Positions 1-12,563 of a stretch of 37,798 nt of DNA are shown one piece after another. The notes beneath the pieces were generated by a model, which was not told where the DNA came from, did not search any database, and saw only the letters and a list, made by a program, of their open reading frames with translations. A program made the position numbers and the translations under genes. The stretch comes from Octopus bimaculoides (taxonomy: Eukaryota): positions 113,879,777-113,917,574 of the forward strand of contig NC_068983.1 of assembly GCF_001194135.2 (NCBI RefSeq), written 5' to 3'. The first letter of the stretch is position 1. Each line of letters begins with the position of its first letter.

Positions 1-684
1 AATATGTCTTTTTTTCTACATTTTTTCGTGCAGCTGAAGATTGCTCTTCATATTGCATTTAAGGTAATGCTCACATTACTTAAATAAATTGAAGTAGCAT
101 GAAACGTGCGTACTGCAATCACTTTTGAAATCCGTGTTGCTTATTATTTGATTTTAATCACCCATCCTTTTGGGATGTGATATTCGGGTGCCTTCGCATA
201 AGTACCATATTCAAGCCTTGAATATATATATATATATATACATACATATAGACAAACACAAACATATACATAGACATACATATATACACATATATATGTA
301 AAATTAGGCATTAATAGAAATGAAAAAATAGTAATAGGCTCATATTTATAGATATAGAAATGCAAATGCAGCTATCAGATGAAAATTGCCACGAATAAAG
401 ACATATTACAATTATAATGTTAAGTAGGTTTATAGTATAAAAGGATTTATATTTAAAATGTTGATATCTCAAAATAAGCTCATCAAGGCAATTAATCATA
501 ATTACATCATTTTTTTTATCATTAAATAAAGATTCATCTAAATATTTCTCTATCATTTATGACTATATATATCACCATTTAATATCCGTCTTCCATAGAT
601 GCATGGGTAGGATGGTTGACAGGAGCTGGCCAGGAAGAGGACTACTCCAGGCTATGTGTGTGTGTGTATATATATATGTGTGTG

Positions 685-730
<46 letters not shown>

Positions 731-737
731 TGTGTGT

Positions 738-992
738 GAAGGCACATGGCTCAGTGGTTAGAATGCTGAACTTATGATCATGAGGTTGTGAGTTTGATTC
801 CTGGACCAGGTTGCGTGTTGTGTTCTTGAGCAAGGCACTTTATTTCACATTGTTCCAGTTCACTCAGCTGTAGAAATGAGTTACGATATCACTGGTGCCA
901 AGCTGTATTGGCCTTTGCCTTTCCCTCGGATAATATCGGTAGCATGGAGAGGGGAGGCTGGTATGCCTGGGCAACTACTGGTCTTCCATAAA
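738..992 (+). mobile_element. tRNA-headed SINE, family A (3' truncated)
   Basis: A-box-like TGGCTCAGTGG, B-box-like GAGTTTGATTCC, and a body (tgtgttcttgagcaaggcactttatttcac) shared with copies at 11090 and 28148. Confidence 0.8.
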
Positions 993-1097
993 AAGAACCC
1001 TAGATTGTGTATTCGCTGGTAAGGCGACTTTCCACCCAGACTGGTACCCCAAAGGGGAATCTCTTAGGTGCACCCATTCGTAACCAACAGAGTTGAG

Positions 1098-1128
<31 letters not shown>

Positions 1129-1132
<4 letters not shown>

Positions 1133-1976
1133 GTCTGATCAATAAGTATCTGGACTATTGCCACAGTAACGAAGCTAAAGCAAGCAGAGTGAAGCCACTT
1201 GGCAAAAATTAACCTTGAACTCTGTTGTGTACGCACACTAAGTTTTAATGTTCTAACTCACTTCCACTGTTTGCAGCAGTGCTTGGAAGGAAGGTGTGTA
1301 GTGTGTGATCGTTACATTGACCATGACAGAGAAAGTTATCATTGCAATACCTNNNNNNNNNNATGACAGAGAAAGTTATCATTGCAATACCTGCAAAGTT
1401 GTAGAAAGTGTATGGAGAGGAGTGTATGAGCTGCACACAAGTGTACGAGTGGTTCGAACATTTCTAAGGTTGCCGAAAATATGTTGATATTGATGAATGT
1501 GCTGGAAGACCTGCAATCAGCTGAACTGAGAAAAACATCACAGATATGCGTGCAGCTGTGAGGGGAAATCATCAAATCACCATCCATGAGTTATCAGAGG
1601 ATGTGCAAATGAGTTACAGTCCATTATCACTGAAGATCTGGGTATAAGATGCATGTCTGCCAAGTTTGTGCCAAAACTGCTTTCAAATGAACAAAAAGAC
1701 ACTCGGATTTCAGTTGCACAAGATCTCCGTCAAGCTTTAGGCAAAATTTGATGCAGATTCTCTGCTCAACTTTCTCAGTCATGGTCAATGCAACAATCAC
1801 ATGCTACACACCTTCCCTCCAAGTACTGCTGTAAACAATGGAAGTGAGTTAAAATGTTAAAACTTGGTGTGCATACACAGCAGAGTTCACGGTCAATCTA
1901 TGCCAAGCGGCTTCACTCTGCGTGCTTTAGCTTTGTTATTATGGCAACAGTCTGGATACTTATTGATCAGACCACA
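1129..1976 (+). mobile_element. Mariner-family foldback element with degenerate transposase N-terminus
   Basis: TA-flanked. Termini TGAGGTCTGATCAATAAGTAT and ATACTTATTGATCAGACCACA. Internal degraded peptides KVYGEECMSCTQVYEWF, GRP, ITIHELSEDV and SAKFVPKLLSNEQK match the mariner HTH region and the WVPHEL-equivalent motif. Confidence 0.88.
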
Positions 1977-2153
1977 TAAATATAAATTAGAGGAAAAACG
2001 ACAACAAAAACCAAGGTAGGACGTGTATCTCAAGTCATTTAGAATATTTAATTAGAGTAGGGTGAATTTGAAGTAATTAATTGATTAATTAATTTTGGGA
2101 TGTCTCACAGCTGTTTCTGGGATATCTCAAGTGATAGGTTAGCATCACTATTC

Positions 2154-2668
2154 ACTGGGCATTCTGTCATCAGAGACAAGATATGTATGTATGAAAGTTC
2201 TAGATAGGGAATTCACAGTTTATAAAGGAATAAGATAGTAGATAGAAGAATAAAGAGTAAAACAATAGATAGAAGAATACAGACAGGAGAATAAAGTTCA
2301 CCCTTATCTGTCTATCATGATGTCTGTCTTTCTCTCTATATATACCCATGTGGACCATTTTCATATTAGCTAACCACTTGATCTATTCCTTCAACATGAA
2401 TGCACATTCAAAATACAGCCAAAATACTGCCTAGATTTACCTGGGATTATACTTAAGGACCTATATCTTCACAGAAGCATGGACCAACCTACATACCTTC
2501 TGGAAGAAGATGAGCTGTGAACTTTATTCTCCTGTCTGTATTCTTCTATCTACTGTTTTACTCTTTATTCTTCCATCTACTATCTTATTCCTCTATTCCT
2601 TTATAAACTGTGAATTCGCTGTCTAGAATTTTTATACATACTTTATCTCTGATGATGGAATACCCAGT
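2154..2668. mobile_element. Foldback/MITE-like element with about 150-bp inverted arms
   Basis: 2154-2301 is the reverse complement of 2517-2668, e.g. agacaggagaataaagttcac vs gtgaactttattctcctgtct. 215-nt spacer. Confidence 0.8.
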
Positions 2669-2670
2669 AT

Positions 2671-3033
2671 TTGAGCGTGATCGTTGCCAGCATCGCCTTA
2701 CTGGCACTTGTGCCGGTGGCATGTGAAAAAACATTCAAGCGAGGTCATTGCCAGTGCCGCTAGACTGGCTCCTGTGCAGGTGGCACGTAAAATACACCAT
2801 TTTGAGCGTGTGGCCATTGCCAGTACCGCCTGACTGGCCTTTGTGCCGGTAACACATAAAAGCACCCACTACACTCTCGGAGTGGTCGGCATTAGGAAGG
2901 GCATCCAGCTGCAGAAACTCTGCCAAATCAGGTTGGAGCCTGGTGTAGCCATCTGGTTCGCAAGTCCTTGGTCAAATCGTCCAACCCATGCTAGCATGGA
3001 AGGCAGACGTTAAACGATGATGATGATGATGAT
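2671..3033 (+). mobile_element. RTE LINE 3' end (5'-truncated) with (GAT)n tail
   Basis: aaagcacccactacactctcggagtgg...catccagctg...gttaaacgatgatgat. The same sequence is the 3' UTR of the RT-bearing copies at 17643-18845 and 30641-31866. Confidence 0.8.
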
Positions 3034-3726
3034 ATGTGTGTGGTTATGTGTGTGTGTATGTGTGTTTGTGTGTGTAAATATACATATATGTATGTGTATA
3101 TATGTATGTGTGTGTCTGTGCTTGTTCCCCACCACCACTCAACACACTGATGTTGTTTTTTTTTTACATCCCTGTAACTGAGCCGTTCAGCAAAAGAATC
3201 CAATAGGATAAGTACTAGACTTCAAAAACAAAACAAAATAAGTACAGCAGTTGAAAATCCTTCCAGACGAACACCCTAGTGTGGCTGTGATCCAATGATT
3301 AAAACAAGTAAAAGATAAAAGATAAAATCTATAAGATCAAGTTAATCTGGTGGTTCTCAGATTGAGAAATACTAGTTCCACCATCACCCACCAAGCTATT
3401 TAAGAAAAATTTTACCTCTACCCATCCCTCTTTTTGAGAAATGATGAGGCAAAATAGAATTTACATCCATAAAATTCCTTCTTTACCATGGTGTTGGATA
3501 TGTTCACAATGTTATAAAACAATTTTAATTCTACAACTATAAAACCATCTTAATCTTATTAAAAATGTCTCTTTGTCTGTCCCTATTTCAATCCTGACAA
3601 GCTTACCCTCAACCTTGTAACAAAACATTTGGCTAATCTATAACTTATAAGTATAATCAGGTTAACAGTAAATCAAAGAAAAGGAAAGGACACAGGTGTC
3701 TTAACAGAAGTTGAAATTTATTTTAC

Positions 3727-3799
3727 CTCTCTCCATCAAACGAGTTGCTTCTAACAGATAAGGTACCAAAAGTCTGTTGACAATAAAACCAGGAGTGTC
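3727..3799 (-). CDS. HADH: HADH exon 6
   Basis: tttttcaag|GAC...G|gtaaaa, 73 nt. Translates [24 protein letters not shown](G), with the [11 protein letters not shown] motif. Confidence 0.96.
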
Positions 3800-4483
3800 C
3801 TTGAAAAATAAAACAAAATTATATTAACCTTTTCCCTTTATTTTAAGTTCTTGAGCTTTTTTTCTTTTTCAGAGTGCGAGTAAAATATTCAGTTTTGGTA
3901 TTTCCATCTCAATTAACAAGCAGAGTAAGTGAGGAAATTGTGCTCCTTTTTTTTTTTTACCTCATTTTGGAGGTTGCCCTTTGCCAACCTGACCTCCCTC
4001 CACTTATTTTGCCTCTGAAAATATCTTGCATTTTTACATCAACTTCCAAGTGTGTGTGTGTGTATATATATAAAAACAAAAACTGAAAAATTTTGTATAT
4101 TTGTAATTCCATATCACACATATTTCATTACAGGATAAGAATTACAACATATCTACATGTAGAAAACATGTATGGGATCTCCTATCCATAATTTTTCAGA
4201 CAAAGATTAAATAACAATAATTACCAGAACGTGCAGAAATTCTTCATGAAGACACAGCTTGGAGCTTTTTATAACTCTATATCTCATTGAGATATAGAAG
4301 TATAAAAACCATTAATCTTAGAGAATTCAAAGTGAACATTACATTAACTTCACTCAGTCTATGAAAAATGAAAATGGTGACATCACTATCCACTACCACA
4401 CAGCTACACTATAGTACCCTCATTATTGTCTGATGTCCACAGCTACAAACATACACCTATGTATTTCGTTTTCTATGTCTTAC

Positions 4484-4573
4484 CTTACATTTCACAGTCG
4501 TCTTCTTCATGGCCTTACCAAAATCCAGCAAAGATTGAAAGGTTTCATCTGATGTCTGATCAGTTCTTACCAC
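4484..4573 (-). CDS. HADH: HADH exon 5
   Basis: tatttcag|GTG...AAG|gtaaga, 90 nt. Translates VVRTDQTSDETFQSLLDFGKAMKKTTVKCK. Confidence 0.95.
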
Positions 4574-4683
4574 CTGAAATATAATAAATAAAAGAGAAAT
4601 ATGAAAAATGGTTAAACAAACGTAAAGAGAAAATTACAAAGATAATGTACCAACTCAATACATCCACCTGTCTCCATTCAATA

Positions 4684-6654
4684 TCTATGACTACAAAGTG
4701 ATGAACAGAGGAATGCACGACTGACAAGGAATAGGATCTCCACTGCAGCATGAAGAGCAGTTGCAACAGCTCAGAGAAGCAACTTCTATGAAGCAGCTTT
4801 CAATGATGATCAAGCAGTTCAGTATGCAGATGACACTAGAGTTTCCATTGGTGCAATAACAACTGAGTGCATACATTGCAAAGCAAATAAGTAGTCTGGA
4901 GAGACACCTGCATTGTGCTGCAGTAATGGAAAGGTTAAACTCCCTGCAATCCCCCAACCTCCAGAGCCATTGCAGAAACTGTTGTCATCAACTGACCAAG
5001 ATTCCAAGCACTTTCAAAACAAAATTAGACAGTACAATGCTGCACTACAGATGATATCATTTGAAGCCACAAGAGATATAACTGAGCCAGAATTCATGCA
5101 AACTTTCAAGGTCCAAGGTGAGATTTATCATCGGATTTGTTCTCTGCTACCTCTGTTAAATGAATCACCAAAATTCCTTCAAATATATTTCATGGGTGAT
5201 TCTCAACAAGAAGGGCAAGAGAGGTGCAAGAACATTTCCGGCATCATTGTAGGATGAACATTGTAGTGTCTCCGCAAAAGATACTGCATAACAACAACAA
5301 CAACCTGATCAGAAGCTTCAAGACTGCACTTGAAACAATTCCACCTGAGGCCATGGATTACGAGATAATTATCAGATCAGACAAGAAACCATCTGGTCAA
5401 CATGGAGGGAGGTTTAATGTGCCAACAGCAGATGAAATACCTGTGCTTCTGGTTGGGCAAGAACATGACAAGCGTGACATTGTCCTCCATCTCAGAGACA
5501 GTACACTGACAGACACAGTCCAACTACAAATGGAAGCTCCCAAAAATACCACATTCACAGCATTCTTCAAGCTCTGTCAAGATGATGAATTTGCTACAAG
5601 ACTGCTATACAATGAAGCCCATAATTCTATACCTGGTACCAAAATAAATGGAAAAGATGTGCACTTGGAGCACCCACACATTATCCGAGAATCAAGAAAT
5701 CAGACACACTTGGCAGAGTCTATGTTGTCCGTCCCAACAATTCAGAGTGCTACTATCTAAAGCTTCTATTACACCATGTCAAGGGATGTACATCATTTAC
5801 AGCCTTACATACGGTTAATAACACAGTATGCCAGGCTTGCCATCTCAGATGTCTTCTGGAAGATGATGCACACTGAAATGCCGCTCTGACAGAGGCACAA
5901 ATGTGCAAGTCTCCTATGCAGCTGAGAAACCTCTTGTCCATCATGGCAACATGATGGGTGAGAATGTCTTCATTCCAAAGATACCTCTCATCTCAAATGA
6001 TCTCCCCTTTCAGTTCAAGAGTCTGCAGTTTCCTGTCAAACTTAGCTTTGCAATGTCAATCAACAAAGCACAAGGTCAATCTCTAAAGGTGGTGGGACTT
6101 AACCTCCTTCAACCTTCTCACATGGTCAGCTGTATGTTGGATATTCTACAGTTGGAGATGAAAAGAACCTCTACATTCTCAGTGATAAACATGGCAAGAC
6201 AGAAAACATAGTATATGAAGAAGCACTTACATGAAGAGCATGTCCATGTCATATACAGAAGTGTAAAACCATTGAGTGTTAAAGTAAGTATTATTACACT
6301 TTCACTTTTTGACTGACATGCGTGGATGTATATCTGTGTGTATAAGAGTGAAACAATAACGTGATATATTCACAGTCTGTTTGTGTATGTGTGTGTACTC
6401 TATGCACGGCTTTTCATTGTTTATAATCTGTACCTGTTTTTTGGTTACAAAATAAGTTAGACAAACATGTATTTACTTTGAAAACTTTCTTTTCACATTT
6501 CACTTAACGTCTATGTTCCATGTTGGCATGATTTGCAGAGTTACATAGAAAGTTGGTATTGCAGCTACTAGCAGTTGAGACCTGTGTAATCTAGACAGCA
6601 GTTTTAAAATTTCATTATTTTCTTTAACCTGGGCAATGCCGGGTATTTCTGCTA

Positions 6655-6655
<1 letters not shown>
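4684..6655 (+). mobile_element. Internally deleted, degenerate Helitron (Rep/Hel remnants) in HADH intron 4
   Basis: N-terminal ECIHCKANK*SGETPALCCSNGKVKLP motif, FKVQGEIYHRICSLLP and RFNVPTADEI. Middle TTFTAFFKLCQDDEFATRLLY. PIF1-like C-terminus FPVKLSFAMSINKAQGQSL and FSHGQLYV. 3' hairpin ACCTGG-GCAATG-CCGGGT (6627-6644), then CTAG (6652-6655) followed by T. The 5' boundary (A|TC at 4684) is tentative. Confidence 0.92.
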
Positions 6656-6688
<33 letters not shown>

Positions 6689-7277
6689 NNNNNNNNNNNN
6701 NNNNNNNNNNNNNNNNNNNNNNNNNNNNNNNNNNNNNNNNNNNNNNNNNNNNNNNNNNNNNNNNNNNNNNNNNNNNNNNNNNNNNNNNNNNNNNNNNNNN
6801 NNNNNNNNNNNNNNNNNNNNNNNNNNNNNNNNNNNNNNNNNNNNNNNNNNNNNNNNNNNNNNNNNNNNNNNNNNNNNNNNNNNNNNNNNNNNNNNNNNNN
6901 NNNNNNNNNNNNNNNNNNNNNNNNNNNNNNNNNNNNNNNNNNNNNNNNNNNNNNNNNNNNNNNNNNNNNNNNNNNNNNNNNNNNNNNNNNNNNNNNNNNN
7001 NNNNNNNNNNNNNNNNNNNNNNNNNNNNNNNNNNNNNNNNNNNNNNNNNNNNNNNNNNNNNNNNNNNNNNNNNNNNNNNNNNNNNNNNNNNNNNNNNNNN
7101 NNNNNNNNNNNNNNNNNNNNNNNNNNNNNNNNNNNNNNNNNNNNNNNNNNNNNNNNNNNNNNNNNNNNNNNNNNNNNNNNNNNNNNNNNNNNNNNNNNNN
7201 NNNNNNNNNNNNNNNNNNNNNNNNNNNNNNNNNNNNNNNNNNNNNNNNNNNNNNNNNNNNNNNNNNNNNNNNNNNNN

Positions 7278-7313
<36 letters not shown>

Positions 7314-7356
7314 GCACACAATGGGCTTCTTTCAGTTTCTGTCTACCAAATCCACT

Positions 7357-7399
<43 letters not shown>

Positions 7400-7400
7400 A
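6656..7400. repeat. (TA)n and (TG)n microsatellites around assembly gap 6689-7277
   Basis: Direct reading. Similar tracts occur near 650-740, 1100, 13620, 13739, 14566, 15320, 22431, 30321-30560 and 37660-37798. Confidence 0.95.
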
Positions 7401-8149
7401 CGCACACTTTTTTGTTTGTTTCTGTGTCTTTCAACATATAGACAGTGCAAAACAGACTTTAAAAAAGAAATTTACTTTGAACAATTTATGAAGTCATGTG
7501 CATGGTTGAAAAATAGTTTTACCAGCAGTCTAGCGACAGGGAACAATCTGGTTGATAAATACAATACAATGTTTTGTATGATTATTTAACCATCACTTTG
7601 ATTTACCTCATTATTGGCTTATTGTGTGAACCCACATCAACCCTGGTTGAGCAGTCTGATAAATAAACCTTACTATCAAGCTACTGTGTCACTTCAGATC
7701 AGTCTTAAACTAACAGAACTATGATCAAAAGTATGCACATAGTGATGAGAGAAGCAGGGAGGGGATGCTGTAGAGGAGCCGTTGTTGACTTCATCCTTAT
7801 GTAGTTTATATACAGCCTGTCAATCTGTTAGATCCGATCGATCTCTAAGCTACACTTACATAAAGGAAAATAAACAGTCATCAATTTTTCATTGTTGCTG
7901 CTGTTTACCACTAAGTTGGCAATGAATACAAAGCAGTGCTCATCAAAGTAGATGGACTGCTAATCTTTTGGCTGGTGACCACTATCAACTGGGTCATCTG
8001 CACTTTCCAACAGCTTATCTAGTGGTGGGAGAGTGGGGGGGAGGGAGACAAGCTATATCAAGGTAAATTTGCATGAAGGGAAATAACTACATACTTCACT
8101 CTGGTCAAATATAAAATACAACCGAGATTCTTTCAGTCCAAAATGTTCA

Positions 8150-8397
8150 TACTCTTTACTCTTTTACTCTTTTACTTGTTTCAGTCTTTTGACTGTGGCC
8201 ATGCTGGCGCACCGCCTTTAGTCGAACAAATCGACCCCAGGACTTATTCATTGGAAGCCTAGTACTTATTCTATCGGACTCTTTTGCCAAACCGCTAAGT
8301 TACAGGGATGTAAACACACCAGCATCAGTTGTCAAGCAATGTCGGGGGGACAAACACAGACACACAAACACATACACACATACATATATATACATAT
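8150..8397 (-). mobile_element. SINE family C, 3' portion
   Basis: Reverse complement of the 3' half of 21233-21637; runs into a gap. Confidence 0.8.
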
Positions 8398-10057
8398 NNN
8401 NNNNNNNNNNNNNNNNNNNNNNNNNNNNNNNNNNNNNNNNNNNNNNNNNNNNNNNNNNNNNNNNNNNNNNNNNNNNNNNNNNNNNNNNNNNNNNNNNNNN
8501 NNNNNNNNNNNNNNNNNNNNNNNNNNNNNNNNNNNNNNNNNNNNNNNNNNNNNNNNNNNNNNNNNNNNNNNNNNNNNNNNNNNNNNNNNNNNNNNNNNNN
8601 NNNNNNNNNNNNNNNNNNNNNNNNNNNNNNNNNNNNNNNNNNNNNNNNNNNNNNNNNNNNNNNNNNNNNNNNNNNNNNNNNNNNNNNNNNNNNNNNNNNN
8701 NNNNNNNNNNNNNNNNNNNNNNNNNNNNNNNNNNNNNNNNNNNNNNNNNNNNNNNNNNNNNNNNNNNNNNNNNNNNNNNNNNNNNNNNNNNNNNNNNNNN
8801 NNNNNNNNNNNNNNNNNNNNNNNNNNNNNNNNNNNNNNNNNNNNNNNNNNNNNNNNNNNNNNNNNNNNNNNNNNNNNNNNNNNNNNNNNNNNNNNNNNNN
8901 NNNNNNNNNNNNNNNNNNNNNNNNNNNNNNNNNNNNNNNNNNNNNNNNNNNNNNNNNNNNNNNNNNNNNNNNNNNNNNNNNNNNNNNNNNNNNNNNNNNN
9001 NNNNNNNNNNNNNNNNNNNNNNNNNNNNNNNNNNNNNNNNNNNNNNNNNNNNNNNNNNNNNNNNNNNNNNNNNNNNNNNNNNNNNNNNNNNNNNNNNNNN
9101 NNNNNNNNNNNNNNNNNNNNNNNNNNNNNNNNNNNNNNNNNNNNACATTGAACAATGTAGTTCTAGATACACTATGTTTCAAAAAACATCAGGCTCACCA
9201 TGACTAGAAAACCTTTAATCATTAGTCTATTTAATCAAAGATATCCTCAGTCTAAACAACATCAGTGTCAAAAAGAATTAATTAAAATGCTTAGATAAAT
9301 TATTTACTTCTTCATTCAACCATTAACTTCTTTTTGAAAACAATGCTGACAAAGATCTTTTACTAGGAAGAGAAAAGATTCAGAAAGAGACAAAATTGGA
9401 AATTGGTGTGTTTTACTGATTCTAAGAACTCAATAGTTTTTACTTTGACACAGATCATGAGAAAGGCCTACAATAATGTGTCACTTATGTGATTTTATAA
9501 AATCATAAGCGCATTGGACAAAAAACCTCAGTAATATTTTTTCCAGCTCTCTGTACTCTTGAGCTGAAATCCCATTAGTTGATATCAAATGTTATGTTTC
9601 AACTGTTCCAGTAAGTACAGGAGACAACTCTGGACATGTTTCAGTATTATACTGAACTTACCAGCCACACACTTACACACCAAAGTTGTAGTAAATAATT
9701 AACAAAGCAAATATCCAATAGTGTCTTTGATCTTTCGGAATTCATCTAAGAAAGATACCAATCTAGGAATTGTTAGAGCATCAGATGGTAAGCCTTATAG
9801 TATCTGTTCCAGCTCTTGCATTCTGACAGCAGCACCTACAACACTGGTAACAAGCTATATCAGCATCGCTTTTCTCAACACTATCAGCAGCCTAGAAACA
9901 AGAAACTTTTATGCATGAACAACTGTTAATCTTCCATGAGAAACCTGGTACACACATGTACAGGAATCCATAATCAGCTGGAGAGGTGTTCTTTAATCCT
10001 AATGAAACACCACCTCAAAAGAAGTCAGAAATAGATTAAGGTCTTTTTTTTTTTTAA

Positions 10058-10271
10058 CCCTTTAGCATTCAGATTATTCTAACAAAAGTTATGCCTATTT
10101 ATTCACATTGTTTTGAATTAATTATGGATTATCTTGTAGCTTCGAAATTTTCATAATGTGATTGCTTATTTTTAGAAGATTATAAGGTAAGTGTGAGAGA
10201 CTGGATTTGCCTAGTTTGAACATAAAACATGAATATTTTGGCTGGATATGGCCAGTTTGAATACTAAATGA
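10058..10271 (+). mobile_element. piggyBac-like MITE family 1
   Basis: TTAA on both sides, left TIR CCCTTTAGCATTCAGA, degenerate right TIR. Homologous to 11534-11753 and 33593-33814. Confidence 0.72.
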
Positions 10272-10465
10272 TTAAATAGAGTTTTAAGCTACATATCTGT
10301 AACTTTAATCTCACCAGTCTAGGAGGATATGTAAACATCAAAGTTACTTCCCTTACTCCTCATATTACCTTATATAAGAAAACAAAGTTAAGAGTTAGTA
10401 AGAATTCAGTATTATTAACTAGCTTGTAAAGAGTGAATTTAAACTTCTCTAAACCAGAATTATGT

Positions 10466-10741
10466 GAAGGTGCATGGCTTAGTGGTTAGGGTATTCAGCT
10501 CATGGTTATCAAGTCGTGGGTTCGATACCCAATGGCATATTTCACATTGCTCCAGTCCACTCAGCTGGCAAAAGTGAGTTGCCCCATAATTAAAAGGGCC
10601 AGACTTGTCACATTCTGTATCACACTGAATCTCCCTGAGAACTACATTAAGGGTATGCATGTCTGTGGAACACTCAGCCACCTGCACTTTCATTCTGGAT
10701 CAACTGGGACACTCATGATCATAACTGACAGAGTGCCAGTT
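10466..10741 (+). mobile_element. tRNA-headed SINE, family A variant
   Basis: ggtgcatggcttagtggttagg head, GGTTCGATACC B-box, and a body shared with 11855-12166. Confidence 0.75.
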
Positions 10742-11089
10742 AAATCAGAATTATGCAATAACCCTTTCTTCCAGTTCATCACTAAACCTTCTCTAAGAAT
10801 AGAATCAATGCTGAAAAAAACATCATTTACTCACTTATTTTTTTGATTTTATTTTAATTCCCATATTTTTGGAAATAATATCATTGATTATACATCACAG
10901 GTTCACAAAATTTCCAATGATGAGAGCAACAAGAAAGTATCTGTGCAATTCAGGCAAAATAAATACCTCAAAGTATTTTTGTATATTTTGTCTGGGTTGC
11001 ACAAACACTTCCTTGTCACTTTCATTGTTGGAAATGTAGTGAACCAGTGACTGTGTTACTCATTTATTGCAATGTGTATAACCAATGGT

Positions 11090-11429
11090 GAAGGCGCATG
11101 ACTTCAGTGGTTAGAGCATTGGGCTCATATCATGAGGTTTTGAGTTCAAATCCCAGACTGGGTTGTATGTTGTGTCCTTGAGCAAGACACTTCATTCCAC
11201 ATTGCTCCAGTTCACTCCACTGTTGAAATGAGTTGCAATGTCACTAGTGCCAAGCTATATAAGCCTTTACTTTTCCCTTGGTTAACATCAGTGATGTGGA
11301 GAGAGAGGGGAGGCTGGTATGCACGGAAGACAGCTGGTCTTCCATAAACAACTTAGCCCAGACTTGTGCCTCAGACAGGAAAGGTGCAATCTCATGGTCA
11401 TTCATGACCAATGGAGGTCTTTACCCTTT
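11090..11429 (+). mobile_element. tRNA-headed SINE, family A (near full length)
   Basis: gaaggcgcatgacttcagtggttagagc head, GAGTTCAAATCC B-box, conserved body. Confidence 0.8.
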
Positions 11430-11533
11430 ATGTTTAACCAGTGACATTATTATTCACAAAAATGTGATATATAAAAAAAAATTAAAATGAATAAATAAAT
11501 GACACTTTTCTCAATATGGTTTCTCTTCTTTAA

Positions 11534-11753
11534 CCCTTTAGCATTAAAACCAGTCTTATTAAGCCCAAATATTCTACCTGTTTTATATCAAAACTGGCCA
11601 TATCTGACCTCTCAAACCTACCCCACTATGTCCTTCTAGAAGTAAGCAATCATATCATCAAAGTCTCAAGGTTTTGAAGTAATACATGATGAATTTAATA
11701 CAAAATAAATAAATAAGCATTATATTTGACAGAGTAATTTGAATACTAAAGGG
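11534..11753 (-). mobile_element. piggyBac-like MITE family 1, inverted copy
   Basis: TTAA|CCCTTTAGCATT ... AATACTAAAGGG|TTAA. The interior is the reverse complement of 10058-10271. Confidence 0.78.
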
Positions 11754-11854
11754 TTAAGATGCTTAAGAAAAGGTTTGGGAAAGAGTTATTGTATAAATAG
11801 ATTAAATGCACCACCCAAGACTTCATTACACAGTTAACTATCCACTGAATGCCC

Positions 11855-12166
11855 AGGTGCATGGCTTAGTGGTTAGGGTATTTAGCTCATGATTACAAGG
11901 TCGTGATTTCAATTTCCCGTGTCATTGTTCTTGAGTAAGACACTTTATTTCTCATTGCTCCAGTCCACTCAGCTAGGAAAAAATAAGTAGTACTTGTATT
12001 TCAAAGGACTAGACTTGTCACACTGTGCCATGCTGAATCTCCCAGAACTACATTAAGGGTACATGTGTCAGTGGAGTGCTTGGCCACATGCACGTTAATT
12101 TCACGAGCAGGCTGTTCCAATGATCAGATCAACTGAAACCCTCATCCTGGTAACCGACGGAGTACC
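11855..12166 (+). mobile_element. tRNA-headed SINE, family A variant
   Basis: Homologous to 10466-10741. Confidence 0.75.
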
Positions 12167-12347
12167 ACAAACAAGAATCCCAGATATGTACTACATAAAA
12201 GGTAATGGTCTCCTGTGGAAACTTAGAGAGTCAATAATTAACTCCAGTTTCATGAATTGATGTATGTAACAGTTAAATCTCCTCCTGGATAGAATTCCAG
12301 GTTGTCTCTAGATTTAATACCTATTCCTAGTGAACTATGACAACATA

Positions 12348-12563
12348 CGAGGGGGTGCTGAAAAGTTTCTGGCTTTAAGGTACCACAAAAGGGCTGACTG
12401 GACACCCAACCTTCCAAGTTCTTTCACAAGGCTTAGAAAAGCTGAAGAACCAATGTAATAAGTGTGTGAGTCTGAGAGGGAAATATATTGAATAAAATCA
12501 TAATTAACTGATCTACCTGTATTTTCTTTCACCCAAAGCCAGGAACTTTTCAGCATGTCCTCA
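12348..12563 (+). mobile_element. Mariner-derived MITE
   Basis: TA|CGAGGGGGTGCTGAAAAGTTTCTGGCTTT ... AAAGCCAGGAACTTTTCAGCATGTCCTCA|TA. Retains the transposase C-terminus SQGLEKLKNQCNKCVSLRGKYIE*. Confidence 0.85.

Noticed and set aside
1323-1392. 30-bp direct repeat either side of a 10-N gap
   Set aside because: Typical unmerged contig overlap, not a biological repeat.
1-3726. Search for HADH exons 7-8 (DIDxAMKLGAGYPMGP motif)
   Set aside because: No matching minus-strand sequence found; probably left of the window.
6500-9207. Long ORFs of 230-317 aa in the ORF track, also at 21608-22513 and 26951-27881
   Set aside because: They are open only because they run through N gaps and dinucleotide repeats.
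9721-9918. Moderately GC-rich stretch with short ORFs on both strands and a possible acceptor
   Set aside because: No recognisable homology and no consistent splice partner.
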